Assembly: GCA_965216785.1 (NCBI GenBank)
Contig: OZ244197.1
Location: forward strand, 1,600,001-1,664,000
Length of the DNA stretch: 64,000 nucleotides
From: Thermodesulfobacteriota bacterium
Lineage (GTDB): Bacteria; Desulfobacterota_D; UBA1144; Nemesobacterales; UBA2774
Reading direction: 5' to 3'
Shown piece after piece: positions 26,295-36,473 of the stretch. The position numbers and the translations under genes were made by a program. Below the pieces are notes generated by a model. The model was not told the origin of the DNA. It saw nothing but the letters and a program-made list of their open reading frames with translations, and ran no database searches. Numbering within the stretch: position 1 is the first letter of the stretch; each line of letters opens with the position of its first letter.

Positions 26295-28424
26295 ATGGGT
26301 TATTCCAAAGAGCATCTGGCGCAGCTTGATTACGGGGAAGGTAAAGTTCTTTTCGGCGATACGCCGCTTGCGATACTAAAAGCGTTTTTACAGTCGGGCG
26401 TAAGCTATCTTGGAGGCTATCCGGGCTCGCCTACCGCTGGTTTGATCGACGCCATTTCCGATTCGTACGACGATGTGCTAAGAGATAAAGGTATTTATTT
26501 TGACTGCTCAGGCAACGAGGCCTCTGCCGCGTCATTGCTGTCAGCGTCAATAAGCTATCCGATCAGGGGCTCTGTAAACTGGAAGATCGTCGGCACTAAC
26601 GTTGCCTCGGACGCGCTTTCACACATTTCTTCGTCCGGAGTTACCGGAGGGGCGATGATAATCGTAGGTGAGGATTACGGATGTGACAGTACCTGCGTGG
26701 CCGAAAGAGCGCTTCCTTTTGCTCTAAAGTCAACGATGGCAGTGATAGACCCCAGGGGAGACCTTGAGCACGTGGCCAAGATGGTACAGGCGGGGTTTGA
26801 GCTCTCTGAATATTCGAATATGCCCGTTATGTTTTTACTCTCGACAAGGGTTGCTCACATAAGGAATAAGATGGTATGCAAAAACAATGAAATGCCACCG
26901 ATCAGTATGCTGAACCGTCTGGATGATCTGAACACCAAGCAGGAATCGATACCGCTTCCGCCGTTCACATTCGATCACGAAAAGAAGAAATATCATGAGA
27001 GGATTCCCGCAGCCAAGAAATTCATACTTGAAAAAAAGCTCAACGAGTTCATCGAAGGCACTGAGACCAATATCGGCATTATAACTCACGGAATGATATA
27101 TAACTCCCTGATGAGGTGTTTGTATAACCTAGGCGAGGCAAATCTGTACGGTGAGACAAGGATACCGATACTGAATTTAAACGTTACCAATCCGCTCGTA
27201 GCGGAAGAGATCATTTTATTCATGAGGGACAAGAAAGCGGTTCTGATAGTGGAAGAGGGTATGCCCAACCTGATTGAAGAGCAGATACGCTCTATTGCTC
27301 AGCGCGCAAAGCTCGGGCTCGATATATTCGGAAAAGATATACTCCCTCAGGCAGGGGAATTCACACCTGATCACATAGCTAAGGGTGTGGGAACGTTCTT
27401 ACTTAAAAACACCGTAAATAACTATGAAAGAGAGAAGATAAAGGAAAGAAGCGAACATACCGAGAAGCATAAGCACAAGGCCGCTGGATTTTTAAAAGAG
27501 TCTGTGGCAAAGAGAAACCCTGTCTTCTGCACCGGGTGTCCTGAAAGGCCTATATTTACGGCGATTAAAATCTTAGAAGAGGATTACGGAAGGTCTTACT
27601 ATGCTTCAGACATAGGTTGTTACTCAATGAGCGGGCTTCCACCGTTTGATCTGAGCAACTCTATCACGGGGATGGGCATAGGGCTTGCTTCGGCAGGGGC
27701 GCTCTCGCGGATGGCAAATAAGAGGGTCGTATCCTTTATGGGCGACGGAACCTTCTGGCACAGCGGGCTTACCACGAGTATTTCTAACGCCGTATATAAC
27801 AATCAGAACGCAGTATTAATCATTTTAGAGAATTTCTGGACTTCTATGACCGGGCACCACGAAAATCCCGCTTCCGGTAAGAACATGAGGCAGGAAGGTG
27901 TGGGGATGGATATTGAGAAAGCTCTTAAGGGTGCGGGAGTCAAGTGGATAAAGGCAGTTGACCCCTATAACCTGCAGGATTCGATAAATGTGCTCACAGA
28001 GGCGTACGAAGAGGATGAGGGGCTAAGGGTGATTATCTCAAGGGGCGAGTGCCAGCTCGAGAAGACCAGAAGAGAAAGAGTAGTGCTAAAGAGCAACCTT
28101 AAATCCGGTAAGCGCATGGTTCAGAAGAAACTCGGCGTAGACCCCGATGTGTGTACGGGGGACCATTCCTGTATGCGTTACAACGGATGTCCTTCCCTTA
28201 CGCTCAAAGAGAGCCCGACCATACTTCGAGAAGACCCGGTAGCGCACATAGAGCATTCTTGCGTAGGGTGCGGTCTATGCGGAGAGATAGCCCATGCCGC
28301 GGTGCTTTGCCCTTCTTTTTATAAGGTGGAGATAATCGAGAACCCATCCATGCTGGACAGGGTTAGTGCGAGGATAAATAAATCCCTACTTCATTTAATT
28401 TCCCGAAACGGGTGGAGCGGTTAA
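26295..28424 (+). CDS. iorA: Indolepyruvate ferredoxin oxidoreductase alpha subunit
   Basis: GGYPGSP, FCTGCPER, DIGC, GDGTFWHSG TPP motif, C-terminal ferredoxin. Confidence 0.9.
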   Translation: MGYSKEHLAQLDYGEGKVLFGDTPLAILKAFLQSGVSYLGGYPGSPTAGLIDAISDSYDDVLRDKGIYFDCSGNEASAASLLSASISYPIRGSVNWKIVGTNVASDALSHISSSGVTGGAMIIVGEDYGCDSTCVAERALPFALKSTMAVIDPRGDLEHVAKMVQAGFELSEYSNMPVMFLLSTRVAHIRNKMVCKNNEMPPISMLNRLDDLNTKQESIPLPPFTFDHEKKKYHERIPAAKKFILEKKLNEFIEGTETNIGIITHGMIYNSLMRCLYNLGEANLYGETRIPILNLNVTNPLVAEEIILFMRDKKAVLIVEEGMPNLIEEQIRSIAQRAKLGLDIFGKDILPQAGEFTPDHIAKGVGTFLLKNTVNNYEREKIKERSEHTEKHKHKAAGFLKESVAKRNPVFCTGCPERPIFTAIKILEEDYGRSYYASDIGCYSMSGLPPFDLSNSITGMGIGLASAGALSRMANKRVVSFMGDGTFWHSGLTTSISNAVYNNQNAVLIILENFWTSMTGHHENPASGKNMRQEGVGMDIEKALKGAGVKWIKAVDPYNLQDSINVLTEAYEEDEGLRVIISRGECQLEKTRRERVVLKSNLKSGKRMVQKKLGVDPDVCTGDHSCMRYNGCPSLTLKESPTILREDPVAHIEHSCVGCGLCGEIAHAAVLCPSFYKVEIIENPSMLDRVSARINKSLLHLISRNGWSG

Positions 28425-28510
28425 TAGTAATCCGCCGGATTAAGTACTTTTGTTTTATTAACCGGAAATCTTTTATAGTTGGGTAATATTGAAAAATAAT
28501 TACGGAAACC

Positions 28511-30115
28511 ATGCAGGGTAAAAGCGATCTTATAAAAATTTTCATACCGGCTGTAGGAGGACAGGGAGGTGGGGTGCTCACCGAGTGGCTCGTCCAGGCC
28601 TTTTTTAAGGAAGAGTTCGATGTTCAGGGTATAAGTCTGCCCGGGCTATCTCAGAGGGGAGGCTCTACGGTCTACTATCTTGAGGCTTACCCCAAGTCTG
28701 AAGAAAACAAACAAGTCATATTCGCGCAGTTCCCGGTTCCGGGGGAAGTGGATATTATTGTAGCGCAAGAGTTTCTGGAGCTGGGAAGAGCGCTTGAGCT
28801 CGGATACGGGTCCGATAGCACAACCATCGTGACATCTACTCACAGGATATATTCTACGCTTGAAAAGCTACCTATCGGGAGCGGCATATATTCAGATGAG
28901 AATTTAAGAAAAATCGCAAACGCGTTCTCTTCTGATTTGATCGAGCTTAACGCGCTCGAGCTCTCAAAAGCAAACGGGATGGATGAGCTTGCGGTAAACG
29001 CAATACTACTTGGGGCTTTGTCTGCGTCGGGTGCGCTTCCACTGGAGAAAAAATCCTTTATAGACGCGATTGAAGAAGTTGGAGTCGCGGTTAAATCCAA
29101 CCTGAGAGCTTTTGAAGTGGGCCACGACTATATAGTGACGAATAAGTATCAGGGTCAGGAAGCTAAACAAGCGGGGCATGTGTGGGAAAAGTTTATAGAA
29201 GAGAGAGCGCAGAAACTGGAGGGCGACGACAGAGAGGAATATCTTTCCCGCGTAAGTGAAATTGAGTCTCAGTACCCTGAAAACTTAAGAGAAATACTGG
29301 CTGAGAGCGCTTTTAGGCTTAAGGATTATCAGGACTTTAAATACGCGGACCACTACCTGACCCTGGTACAAGACGTATTTAGGATTGACGAACGTGTAAA
29401 GGGCGGCGGGTATAAGCTTACGGAGCACTATGCGAAGAATCTCGCATTACTTATGAGTTATGAGGATGGGATCAGGGTGGCCGAATTAAAGATAAAATCT
29501 GAGCGGTTTAAGCGTATAAAAGAGAACATGAGACTCAGGGACGATCAGGTCTTTAAGGTTATAGATTATCTAAAACCCGATGCCGAAGAGGTATACGGGC
29601 TCCTTCCATACTACATTGTAGCTCCGGTGCTTAGTTTTACCCGGACTTCGCTTTTCAAAAAGATATGGCGGAGGAAAAAGCCTCTTACATTCGGGCAGAC
29701 CCCCACCACTACATCGTTCTCAGGGTTCGCGAGACTGTGGTTTCTGACGAAGATAAAGTTCATGAGGACTCAGTCCTACCGCTACAGAAAAGAAAACGCG
29801 CTTGTCAAGAAATATACGGAATCTGTAAAAATTTACTCTGAATACAACTATAAGCTTGGATGCCTCATCGCTAAAAGCGCTGCTATGGTTAAAGGTTACG
29901 GTAAAGTGAGACGGAGAACAATGGACGCGTTTTACCGCTTTATTGATAATATTATATTCCCCCTGAGCCAGTTTGAGAAGGAGAGCAGGAAGAACTACGA
30001 TATTACGCTTGAGATAGGGGAAGAGGCGATAAAGCTTATAAACGGTGAATCGGTTGACGGTATAGATCAAGCGGAAAAGCTGGCGCGCGACGTGCTCGAG
30101 CGAAGGGCTGCCTAG
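28511..30115 (+). CDS. iorB: Indolepyruvate oxidoreductase beta-family subunit with C-terminal extension
   Basis: [34 protein letters not shown]. Confidence 0.85.
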   Translation: MQGKSDLIKIFIPAVGGQGGGVLTEWLVQAFFKEEFDVQGISLPGLSQRGGSTVYYLEAYPKSEENKQVIFAQFPVPGEVDIIVAQEFLELGRALELGYGSDSTTIVTSTHRIYSTLEKLPIGSGIYSDENLRKIANAFSSDLIELNALELSKANGMDELAVNAILLGALSASGALPLEKKSFIDAIEEVGVAVKSNLRAFEVGHDYIVTNKYQGQEAKQAGHVWEKFIEERAQKLEGDDREEYLSRVSEIESQYPENLREILAESAFRLKDYQDFKYADHYLTLVQDVFRIDERVKGGGYKLTEHYAKNLALLMSYEDGIRVAELKIKSERFKRIKENMRLRDDQVFKVIDYLKPDAEEVYGLLPYYIVAPVLSFTRTSLFKKIWRRKKPLTFGQTPTTTSFSGFARLWFLTKIKFMRTQSYRYRKENALVKKYTESVKIYSEYNYKLGCLIAKSAAMVKGYGKVRRRTMDAFYRFIDNIIFPLSQFEKESRKNYDITLEIGEEAIKLINGESVDGIDQAEKLARDVLERRAA

Positions 30116-31266
30116 TTCCCTTTCCTGTTTTCTTTCATAGATTCTATAAATTCCTGAAATAAATAAGACGAGTCATGAGGTCCTGGTGAGGCCTCGGGGT
30201 GGTACTGTACCGAAAAAGCCGGGTGTTTAGTGTGCCTGATTCCCTCTACTGTATTGTCATTAAGGTTAATATGAGTGACTTCGATGTCTTTACCCAGACT
30301 GTCACCATCAACGGCAAACCCGTGGTTTTGAGAGGTTATCTCGACTTTACCGGTTTTTAGGTCTTTGACAGGCTGGTTCGCGCCCCTGTGACCGAATTTG
30401 AGCTTAAAAGTTCTCCCGCCCATCGCGAGGCTCAATATCTGATGCCCCAGACATATTCCGAATATGGGCTTTTTACCTAAAAGCGTACTTACACTCTCTA
30501 CGGCGTATGATACAGCTGCCGGGTCGCCTGGACCGTTTGAGAGAAATATGCCGTCCGGGTTAAGCGATAGAACCTCATGAGGCGGTGTTCTCGAGGGTAC
30601 TGTAGTCACCTGGCACCCATGGTCGGTGAGTTTTCTTAGTATATTTTGTTTTAAGCCGAAATCGTAAGCCACTACTTTAAATGTTTCTTTTCCCTTCTCG
30701 CCGCTCTCATGATCGGGTCTCCAAGTCCCCGTTCCGACATCCCAGGAATAAGGCTCTTCGCAGCTTACCTCTGTGACGAGGTCAATACCCACAATTCCCT
30801 GAGACGAACGTACTTTTTTGAGCAAGCTCTGGGCATCTTCATCGGTTGTGGAAATAACTGCTTTCTGCGCGCCTTTTGTGCGTATATGTCTTGTTAGCTC
30901 TCTTGTGTCTATACCCTGAATTCCGAGCACACCGTTTTCCGACAGATAAGAGGATAGATCTCCCCGGGAACGCCAGTTGCTGGGCTTTTCCCAGTACTCC
31001 TTTACCACAAGTCCCCTGAGAAAAGGTTTTCTTGACTCTGTATCTTCTGGGTTTACGCCGTAATTGCCGATCTCGGGATACGTCATCGTAACAATCTGTC
31101 CGTTATATGAGGGATCGGTGAGAATTTCCTGGTAGCCCGTCATTGAGGTGTTGAAAACCACTTCTCCGAAAGCCTGGCCTTCTGCGCCGAATGAGATGCC
31201 TTCAAATACGGTTCCGTCTTCTATCACGAGCGTGGCTTTGTTCATTTGTCCGGAGGGAAAATACAT
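30112..31266 (-). CDS. carA: Carbamoyl-phosphate synthase small subunit
   Basis: [32 protein letters not shown]. Confidence 0.97.
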   Translation of the reverse strand: MYFPSGQMNKATLVIEDGTVFEGISFGAEGQAFGEVVFNTSMTGYQEILTDPSYNGQIVTMTYPEIGNYGVNPEDTESRKPFLRGLVVKEYWEKPSNWRSRGDLSSYLSENGVLGIQGIDTRELTRHIRTKGAQKAVISTTDEDAQSLLKKVRSSQGIVGIDLVTEVSCEEPYSWDVGTGTWRPDHESGEKGKETFKVVAYDFGLKQNILRKLTDHGCQVTTVPSRTPPHEVLSLNPDGIFLSNGPGDPAAVSYAVESVSTLLGKKPIFGICLGHQILSLAMGGRTFKLKFGHRGANQPVKDLKTGKVEITSQNHGFAVDGDSLGKDIEVTHINLNDNTVEGIRHTKHPAFSVQYHPEASPGPHDSSYLFQEFIESMKENRKGN

Positions 31267-31429
31267 TCTATAAAACCTTGTGTCAACATAGAGTATAATA
31301 GTATGTATATAAATACAGTGATTACGGCAGGTTTTGCTCGCTCTTGCCGGATCAATTTAAATATGGCGGACGCGAGCGCGCAATATTTTATGTTGAAAAA
31401 AGGGTAAACCTGCAGTATTAATTGTTATT

Positions 31430-32539
31430 ATGACCGCGATACCGGAGCTGGAGTTGGAAACTAAAGAGAAGATTCTCATAGTAGACGATGAAGAGGCGAT
31501 ACGAAACCTCTTTGTGGAGACGCTTACAGAGCTTGGCTACAGGTGCGAAGTTGCGGAGAACGGGCTTGAATGTCTGGTTAAGTATTATGAGTCTAGCGAC
31601 TATGACGTAGTGCTTCTGGATGTACAGATGCCTGAGCTTGGGGGCATAGAGACTCTTAAGAAGCTTAAATCCTACGCTCCTGACCTATCTATTATCATAG
31701 TATCCGCTTCACGCGATATAGATAACGTAAGGACCGCTCTAAAGGAAGGAGCTTACGACTACATATTCAAGCCCTTTAACATTAATGACGTCCAGGCAGT
31801 AATAAGACGTGCGGTAGAAAGAGCTCAGCTTATTAAAGAGAATAAGGACTATCAGAATAACCTTGAGAAGAAGGTAGAAAATCAGACACAGGAATTGGTA
31901 AAGCTATACTCTGGCACGCTACAGGCTATGATTCTTGCCCTCGATCTCAGGGAGAGTGAGACCGGTTATCATTCCTACCGTGTTACGGAGTACGCTCTGA
32001 CTCTGGGGAGACACATGAACCTGAATGATTCGGAGCTTTCAGTCCTGGCAAAGGGCGCTTTGCTTCATGATATCGGAAAGATAGGGGTGCCTGATAGCAT
32101 ACTGCTCAAACCCGGCAAGCTTACGGACAAAGAATGGGAAATAATGCGTAAGCACGCGGAGCTTGGCTACACGATGCTTAAGAAAATAGAATTTCTGGAA
32201 GAATCGGCGGCTATTGTTTATTCGCACCATGAGCATTTTAACGGTGACGGTTACCCCAAAGGTATTTCCGGTACTGATATACCTCTTGGAGCAAGAATCT
32301 TCTCCATTGTAGACGCATTTGACGCTATGACCAGCAAGCGCGCCTACAGGGATGAGATGTCATCTGAAAAGGCGCTCGAGAGGATAAAAGAGGCTTCCGG
32401 TACTCAGTTCGATCCCGAAATTGTAGAGGTGTTTATGAAGATCGAACTTAGTGTTTGGGAGGATATAAAAGAGAATATCGACGAATCCGGCTCAAACTTT
32501 TTAAAGGGGCTTTTATTCGAGCTAAGCAAGTATAACTAA
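31430..32539 (+). CDS. Response regulator with HD-GYP phosphodiesterase domain
   Basis: REC domain (VDDE, LLDVQMP, KPF); LHDIGK, HHEHFNGDGYP. Confidence 0.93.
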   Translation: MTAIPELELETKEKILIVDDEEAIRNLFVETLTELGYRCEVAENGLECLVKYYESSDYDVVLLDVQMPELGGIETLKKLKSYAPDLSIIIVSASRDIDNVRTALKEGAYDYIFKPFNINDVQAVIRRAVERAQLIKENKDYQNNLEKKVENQTQELVKLYSGTLQAMILALDLRESETGYHSYRVTEYALTLGRHMNLNDSELSVLAKGALLHDIGKIGVPDSILLKPGKLTDKEWEIMRKHAELGYTMLKKIEFLEESAAIVYSHHEHFNGDGYPKGISGTDIPLGARIFSIVDAFDAMTSKRAYRDEMSSEKALERIKEASGTQFDPEIVEVFMKIELSVWEDIKENIDESGSNFLKGLLFELSKYN

Positions 32540-32587
32540 CGACTTTTCATACTCTCTGATTTAGATAAGTCTTTCTAAACAATAATC

Positions 32588-34009
32588 TTATAAACTTTTT
32601 CTGAGTATCTCGTTTACTACCTTGGGGTTTGCTTTTCCCTGTGTTGCTTTCATTACCTGGCCGACGAGAAATCCCATGAGCTTGTCCTCTCCGGATTTGA
32701 TTCTGGCTATTTCATCCGGGTGTTTGCTCAGTACATCTTTAACTATCGCCTCAATCTCGGATTGATCGGAGATCTGCTTGATCCCTTTTTTCTCTACAAT
32801 TTCTTTGGCCGAAGCGCCCGAGCTTACCATTTCGGCGAATATATCTTTTGCCTGCTTTCCGCTTATAGTTCCTTTATCTATGAGACCGATCAGTTCTGAG
32901 AGCATAGCCGGGGATATGGCAAAAGAGTCAATTTCTTCCTCTTCTTTTAATTCCCTCAGCACTTCGGTCATTATCCAGTTGCTTACGGTCTTGGGGTCGG
33001 CTCCGTCCTTGAGCGCGTCTTCAAAATAATCCGCAATCTCTTTTGATTCCGTAAGCACGCCTGCGTCGTACTCGGGCAGCTTGTATTCATTCATGAATCT
33101 CTCGTGTCTTTGCTCGGGGAGCTCAGGCAGTGTGGCTTTGATCTCCTCTATCATAGATTGCTCGATCACGACGGGCAGGAGGTCGGGGTCCGGGAAATAG
33201 CGGTAGTCGTGCGCCTCTTCTTTTGAGCGCATGGAGAACGTAACCCCTTTGTTAGCGTCAAAGAGTCTTGTTTCCTGCACTATCTCGCCGCCGGATTCAA
33301 GGGTCTGAATTTGGCGTCTGATTTCGTACTCTATGGCTTTTTGTACGAATTTGAAAGAGTTTACGTTTTTTATCTCGGCTTTTGTGCCGAGCTCCTTTGA
33401 GCCTTTGGGTCTGACGGACACGTTGGCATCGCAGCGGAGACTGCCCTCATCCATGTTGCCGTCGCACACTCCGATGTAGCGCACAATGGAGCGCATCTTC
33501 TTCATATACTCAACCGCCTCTTCAGGGCTTTCGATGTCGGGCTCGCTGACTATTTCTATGAGCGGCACGCCGGCTCGGTTTAGATCTACGTAGCTTACTC
33601 TGCCGGATTGGTCGTGGATCAGCTTTCCCGCGTCCTCTTCCATATGTATTCTGGTAATACGGACTCTCTTGGACTTGCCGTTTACATTAATGTCGAGCCA
33701 GCCCCCGGAGGAGAAAGGCTCCTCGTACTGGGATATCTGATAGCCCTTGGGCAGATCTGGGTAAAAGTAATTTTTGCGCGCGAACCGGGAAGTCGTGTGA
33801 AGCTCGCAGTTAAGCGCAATTGCGGCGCGCACCGCGTACTCGAGCGCTCTTTTATTTAGCACGGGCAGTACTCCGGGCATGCCGAGGCATATCGGGCTTA
33901 CCTGTGAATTAGGCGTCCCGCCGAACTCAGTTGAGGTCGGGGAGAATATTTTAGATTCAGTGCTTAGCTGCGCGTGCACTTCAAGTCCTATAACCGGCTC
34001 AAATTCCAT
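32588..34009 (-). CDS. gatB: Amidotransferase subunit B
   Basis: VIGLEVHAQL, YFYPDLPKGYQISQ, RSKEEAHDYRYFP. Confidence 0.97.
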   Translation of the reverse strand: MEFEPVIGLEVHAQLSTESKIFSPTSTEFGGTPNSQVSPICLGMPGVLPVLNKRALEYAVRAAIALNCELHTTSRFARKNYFYPDLPKGYQISQYEEPFSSGGWLDINVNGKSKRVRITRIHMEEDAGKLIHDQSGRVSYVDLNRAGVPLIEIVSEPDIESPEEAVEYMKKMRSIVRYIGVCDGNMDEGSLRCDANVSVRPKGSKELGTKAEIKNVNSFKFVQKAIEYEIRRQIQTLESGGEIVQETRLFDANKGVTFSMRSKEEAHDYRYFPDPDLLPVVIEQSMIEEIKATLPELPEQRHERFMNEYKLPEYDAGVLTESKEIADYFEDALKDGADPKTVSNWIMTEVLRELKEEEEIDSFAISPAMLSELIGLIDKGTISGKQAKDIFAEMVSSGASAKEIVEKKGIKQISDQSEIEAIVKDVLSKHPDEIARIKSGEDKLMGFLVGQVMKATQGKANPKVVNEILRKSL

Positions 34010-34058
34010 TTCATTAGCTCCTATTTCAGTTAAATTAATACTGATTGATCAGGGGTAA

Positions 34059-34745
34059 TTGTCAAGGAAAAGGTGTGAAATGAGCTCAAATTCAGTGTTG
34101 GTAATATCTCCTCATCCGGACGATCTGGAGATCGGAATGGGGGGGACAGTCGCGAAAATGATAGATAGCGGTAGGGAAGTAGCGTCACTTGTGATTACGG
34201 ACGGCAGGAGGAGCACATCCGCGGCAGGGTTAAATGAGGATCAGGTGGCGGAGCTTAGAAAACAAGAGGTACGCGAGGCCACGGGGATACTGGGGCTTAA
34301 CTATCTAGTGCTGCTCGACCTATGGGATGCTTCCGCGGACAATCTGAGCGTGCTTAAGGAAGAGTTTGCCAAGATTTGCGAAAAGGCTCACCCCTCTGAG
34401 ATTTATATTCCACACCCTGAAATCGACAAGCACCCTACTCACCGCGCCGTGTCTAAAGCTGTACTTGAAAAGATGCGGGAGGTCTCTCAGGCAGGGGCTG
34501 AAGTAGCAGAAAGCATATGGTGTTATGAGGTATGGACCCCGTTTCCGAGCTATGACCGCATTGAAGATATAACTGAGTACGTAGAGGTAAAAACGGCGGC
34601 TATTAACGCCCACGCGAGCCAGCTCGAGTATAAAAACTATACCGAGGGCATACTTGGACTAAACCGATACAGGGCAGTGTTTGACGAGAGGCACGGTGTG
34701 ACGGACGAGCTTTACGCTGAGGTTTTTATGAAACTTGAGATTTAA
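34059..34745 (+). CDS. PIG-L/LmbE family deacetylase
   Basis: SPHPDDLEIG; H-P-x-H; H.SQ. Confidence 0.88.
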   Translation: MSRKRCEMSSNSVLVISPHPDDLEIGMGGTVAKMIDSGREVASLVITDGRRSTSAAGLNEDQVAELRKQEVREATGILGLNYLVLLDLWDASADNLSVLKEEFAKICEKAHPSEIYIPHPEIDKHPTHRAVSKAVLEKMREVSQAGAEVAESIWCYEVWTPFPSYDRIEDITEYVEVKTAAINAHASQLEYKNYTEGILGLNRYRAVFDERHGVTDELYAEVFMKLEI

Positions 34746-34775
34746 TCCTATGGCGCGGGCGGTATTTTCAGGTGC

Positions 34776-35426
34776 TTACTTCGGGATATAACCCCTTTTC
34801 ATACTCCAGAGCAGCATGTCCAACTCTTCTATTTCTACTCCCAGCTCCTTTGCGAAATTCTGCATATTCGCCTCTGCCTCAAGATATCTCTTCTTAGAGC
34901 TCGGAGGCTTGTCTGAATCGATAACGCCGAGCTTGTGGAGCATCCCAACGACGTTCCTGTCCAGAACCGCGTAGCCTTTAAACCCTATATTCCTGAGAAA
35001 GTGGCTTGCCTGTGTGAGCCCGAGGCCTTTTATATTTTTATTGAGCGCGAAGAAATCTCTTCTCTCCTCGGGACCATCGAACGAATCGACAAGCTTCCTC
35101 AACTTGAGATCGTAGTCCTTTTGCAGGTAGTCGACTGTGTGGACTATGTAGGCTGCTTTTTCGGGGTATTTGTGAACTCCCTTCAGCCTTTCGTAAAGCT
35201 CCTGCTCGCTCCCGACGGTCAGAATGTCCTGAATTGCGTGGAGGGACTTCATCCCGACCTTGGGGCCTACTGCCGAGGTGAGTATGCAGAAGCAGAGCTC
35301 CTCCAGAATACGGGTGTCGTCCGCGTTTTCACGGACGTATTCGAACTCCACGAGCCGGTCTTTTATCTCTTCTTGTTTGTCGGAGTATAGCGCTTTTAGT
35401 TCTTGAGTTATTTCGGAACTCACCAT
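34776..35426 (-). CDS. Ogg2 (archaeal-type 8-oxoguanine glycosylase/lyase) family protein, catalytic Lys absent
   Basis: EELCFCILT, KGLGLTQASHFLRNIG, AVLDR, ELDMLLW, terminal K. Confidence 0.8.
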   Translation of the reverse strand: MVSSEITQELKALYSDKQEEIKDRLVEFEYVRENADDTRILEELCFCILTSAVGPKVGMKSLHAIQDILTVGSEQELYERLKGVHKYPEKAAYIVHTVDYLQKDYDLKLRKLVDSFDGPEERRDFFALNKNIKGLGLTQASHFLRNIGFKGYAVLDRNVVGMLHKLGVIDSDKPPSSKKRYLEAEANMQNFAKELGVEIEELDMLLWSMKRGYIPK

Positions 35427-35491
35427 ATGGCTAAGTCTAGCATTTACGGCTAAGGGGGCAAAGCGGCGGGTCTGATCGTTTTCAAGATAGC

Positions 35492-36337
35492 TCAGAGCTT
35501 AAGCTCAATAAAGAAAGAAGTAATCCATACAGCAAGAGTGAGGAATCCAAAAGTAATCACCACCACGCCGAGCTTCTTGCCGAGCGAAATGTCGGGTTTT
35601 TTAGACATATCCATCTTCATGCCCTTCATGTCTCCCATGTCTCCGTGTCCAATGGGTTTGCTTGACGCGGCTGTCATCATGCCGTGTTTTAGCCCGCTCC
35701 TGACGAGCCAGGAGTTTATGGGATAGGCCGTGAGTCCGCCCGCTATTGTGGCCACGGACGCGATGCCCCAGAACATAAGCCCCTTTGGGTCGTCCCCGCC
35801 GGGGATAAGCCCGCGCATGATGGCCATCACAGGGATCATGCCCACCATGACCATGTTCATGGATACGGTCTCAGAGAAAATGGTCTTTTTGATAGCTACG
35901 AAATAGTTTCCTCCGAGCATCGATTTCATGAATAGGGCCTGGAATACCAAAAGACCGAATAAATATGCGGTCGAATACTCGATTATAAGATCGAGCCCGT
36001 TTGGAAGACCTATCTGAAACGTAACTATGGCCGCAAGGATAATACCGGTGGCATCTCCTGCGATACAGTGGATCATGGATCCTATGGACTGTTTCCAGTG
36101 GTCCTTTATGAACTCGCCATGCGATTCAGCTAGTGGCTGGCGGCAGGTGATTAAAAATATAAACAGCCCGAAAGGGCCCGTGTACAATACGATAAGGAAC
36201 CAGGCGAGCTTCATTATCCCCATAGACGGGGTGTTGGTATGAAGATCGTAGAGCAAGAATATCAATGACAGCCCTGTGAGTATGAACCATAGGAGCAGTA
36301 CTCCTCCCGCGATTGAATCAGGTATTAAAGCTTCCAT
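35492..36337 (-). CDS. DUF4396-family membrane protein
   Basis: HCIAGDATGI, AYPINSWLV..GLKHGM; Met/His-rich tail. Confidence 0.8.
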   Translation of the reverse strand: MEALIPDSIAGGVLLLWFILTGLSLIFLLYDLHTNTPSMGIMKLAWFLIVLYTGPFGLFIFLITCRQPLAESHGEFIKDHWKQSIGSMIHCIAGDATGIILAAIVTFQIGLPNGLDLIIEYSTAYLFGLLVFQALFMKSMLGGNYFVAIKKTIFSETVSMNMVMVGMIPVMAIMRGLIPGGDDPKGLMFWGIASVATIAGGLTAYPINSWLVRSGLKHGMMTAASSKPIGHGDMGDMKGMKMDMSKKPDISLGKKLGVVVITFGFLTLAVWITSFFIELKL

Positions 36338-36473
36338 TATTCACCTATATTATATTCCCCCCACCGTAGATTTAATTGCCATTATCTCACGAAAGTAATC
36401 TTGTTGTCAACAACGCCCGTGATTATTAATCTCACACGGTATATCGAAATGTATCTTATAATGATTCATACTA

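Noticed and set aside
30112-30115. Convergent stop-codon overlaps (iorB/carA; also 62647-62650)
   Set aside because: Common in compact genomes, with no sign of special function.
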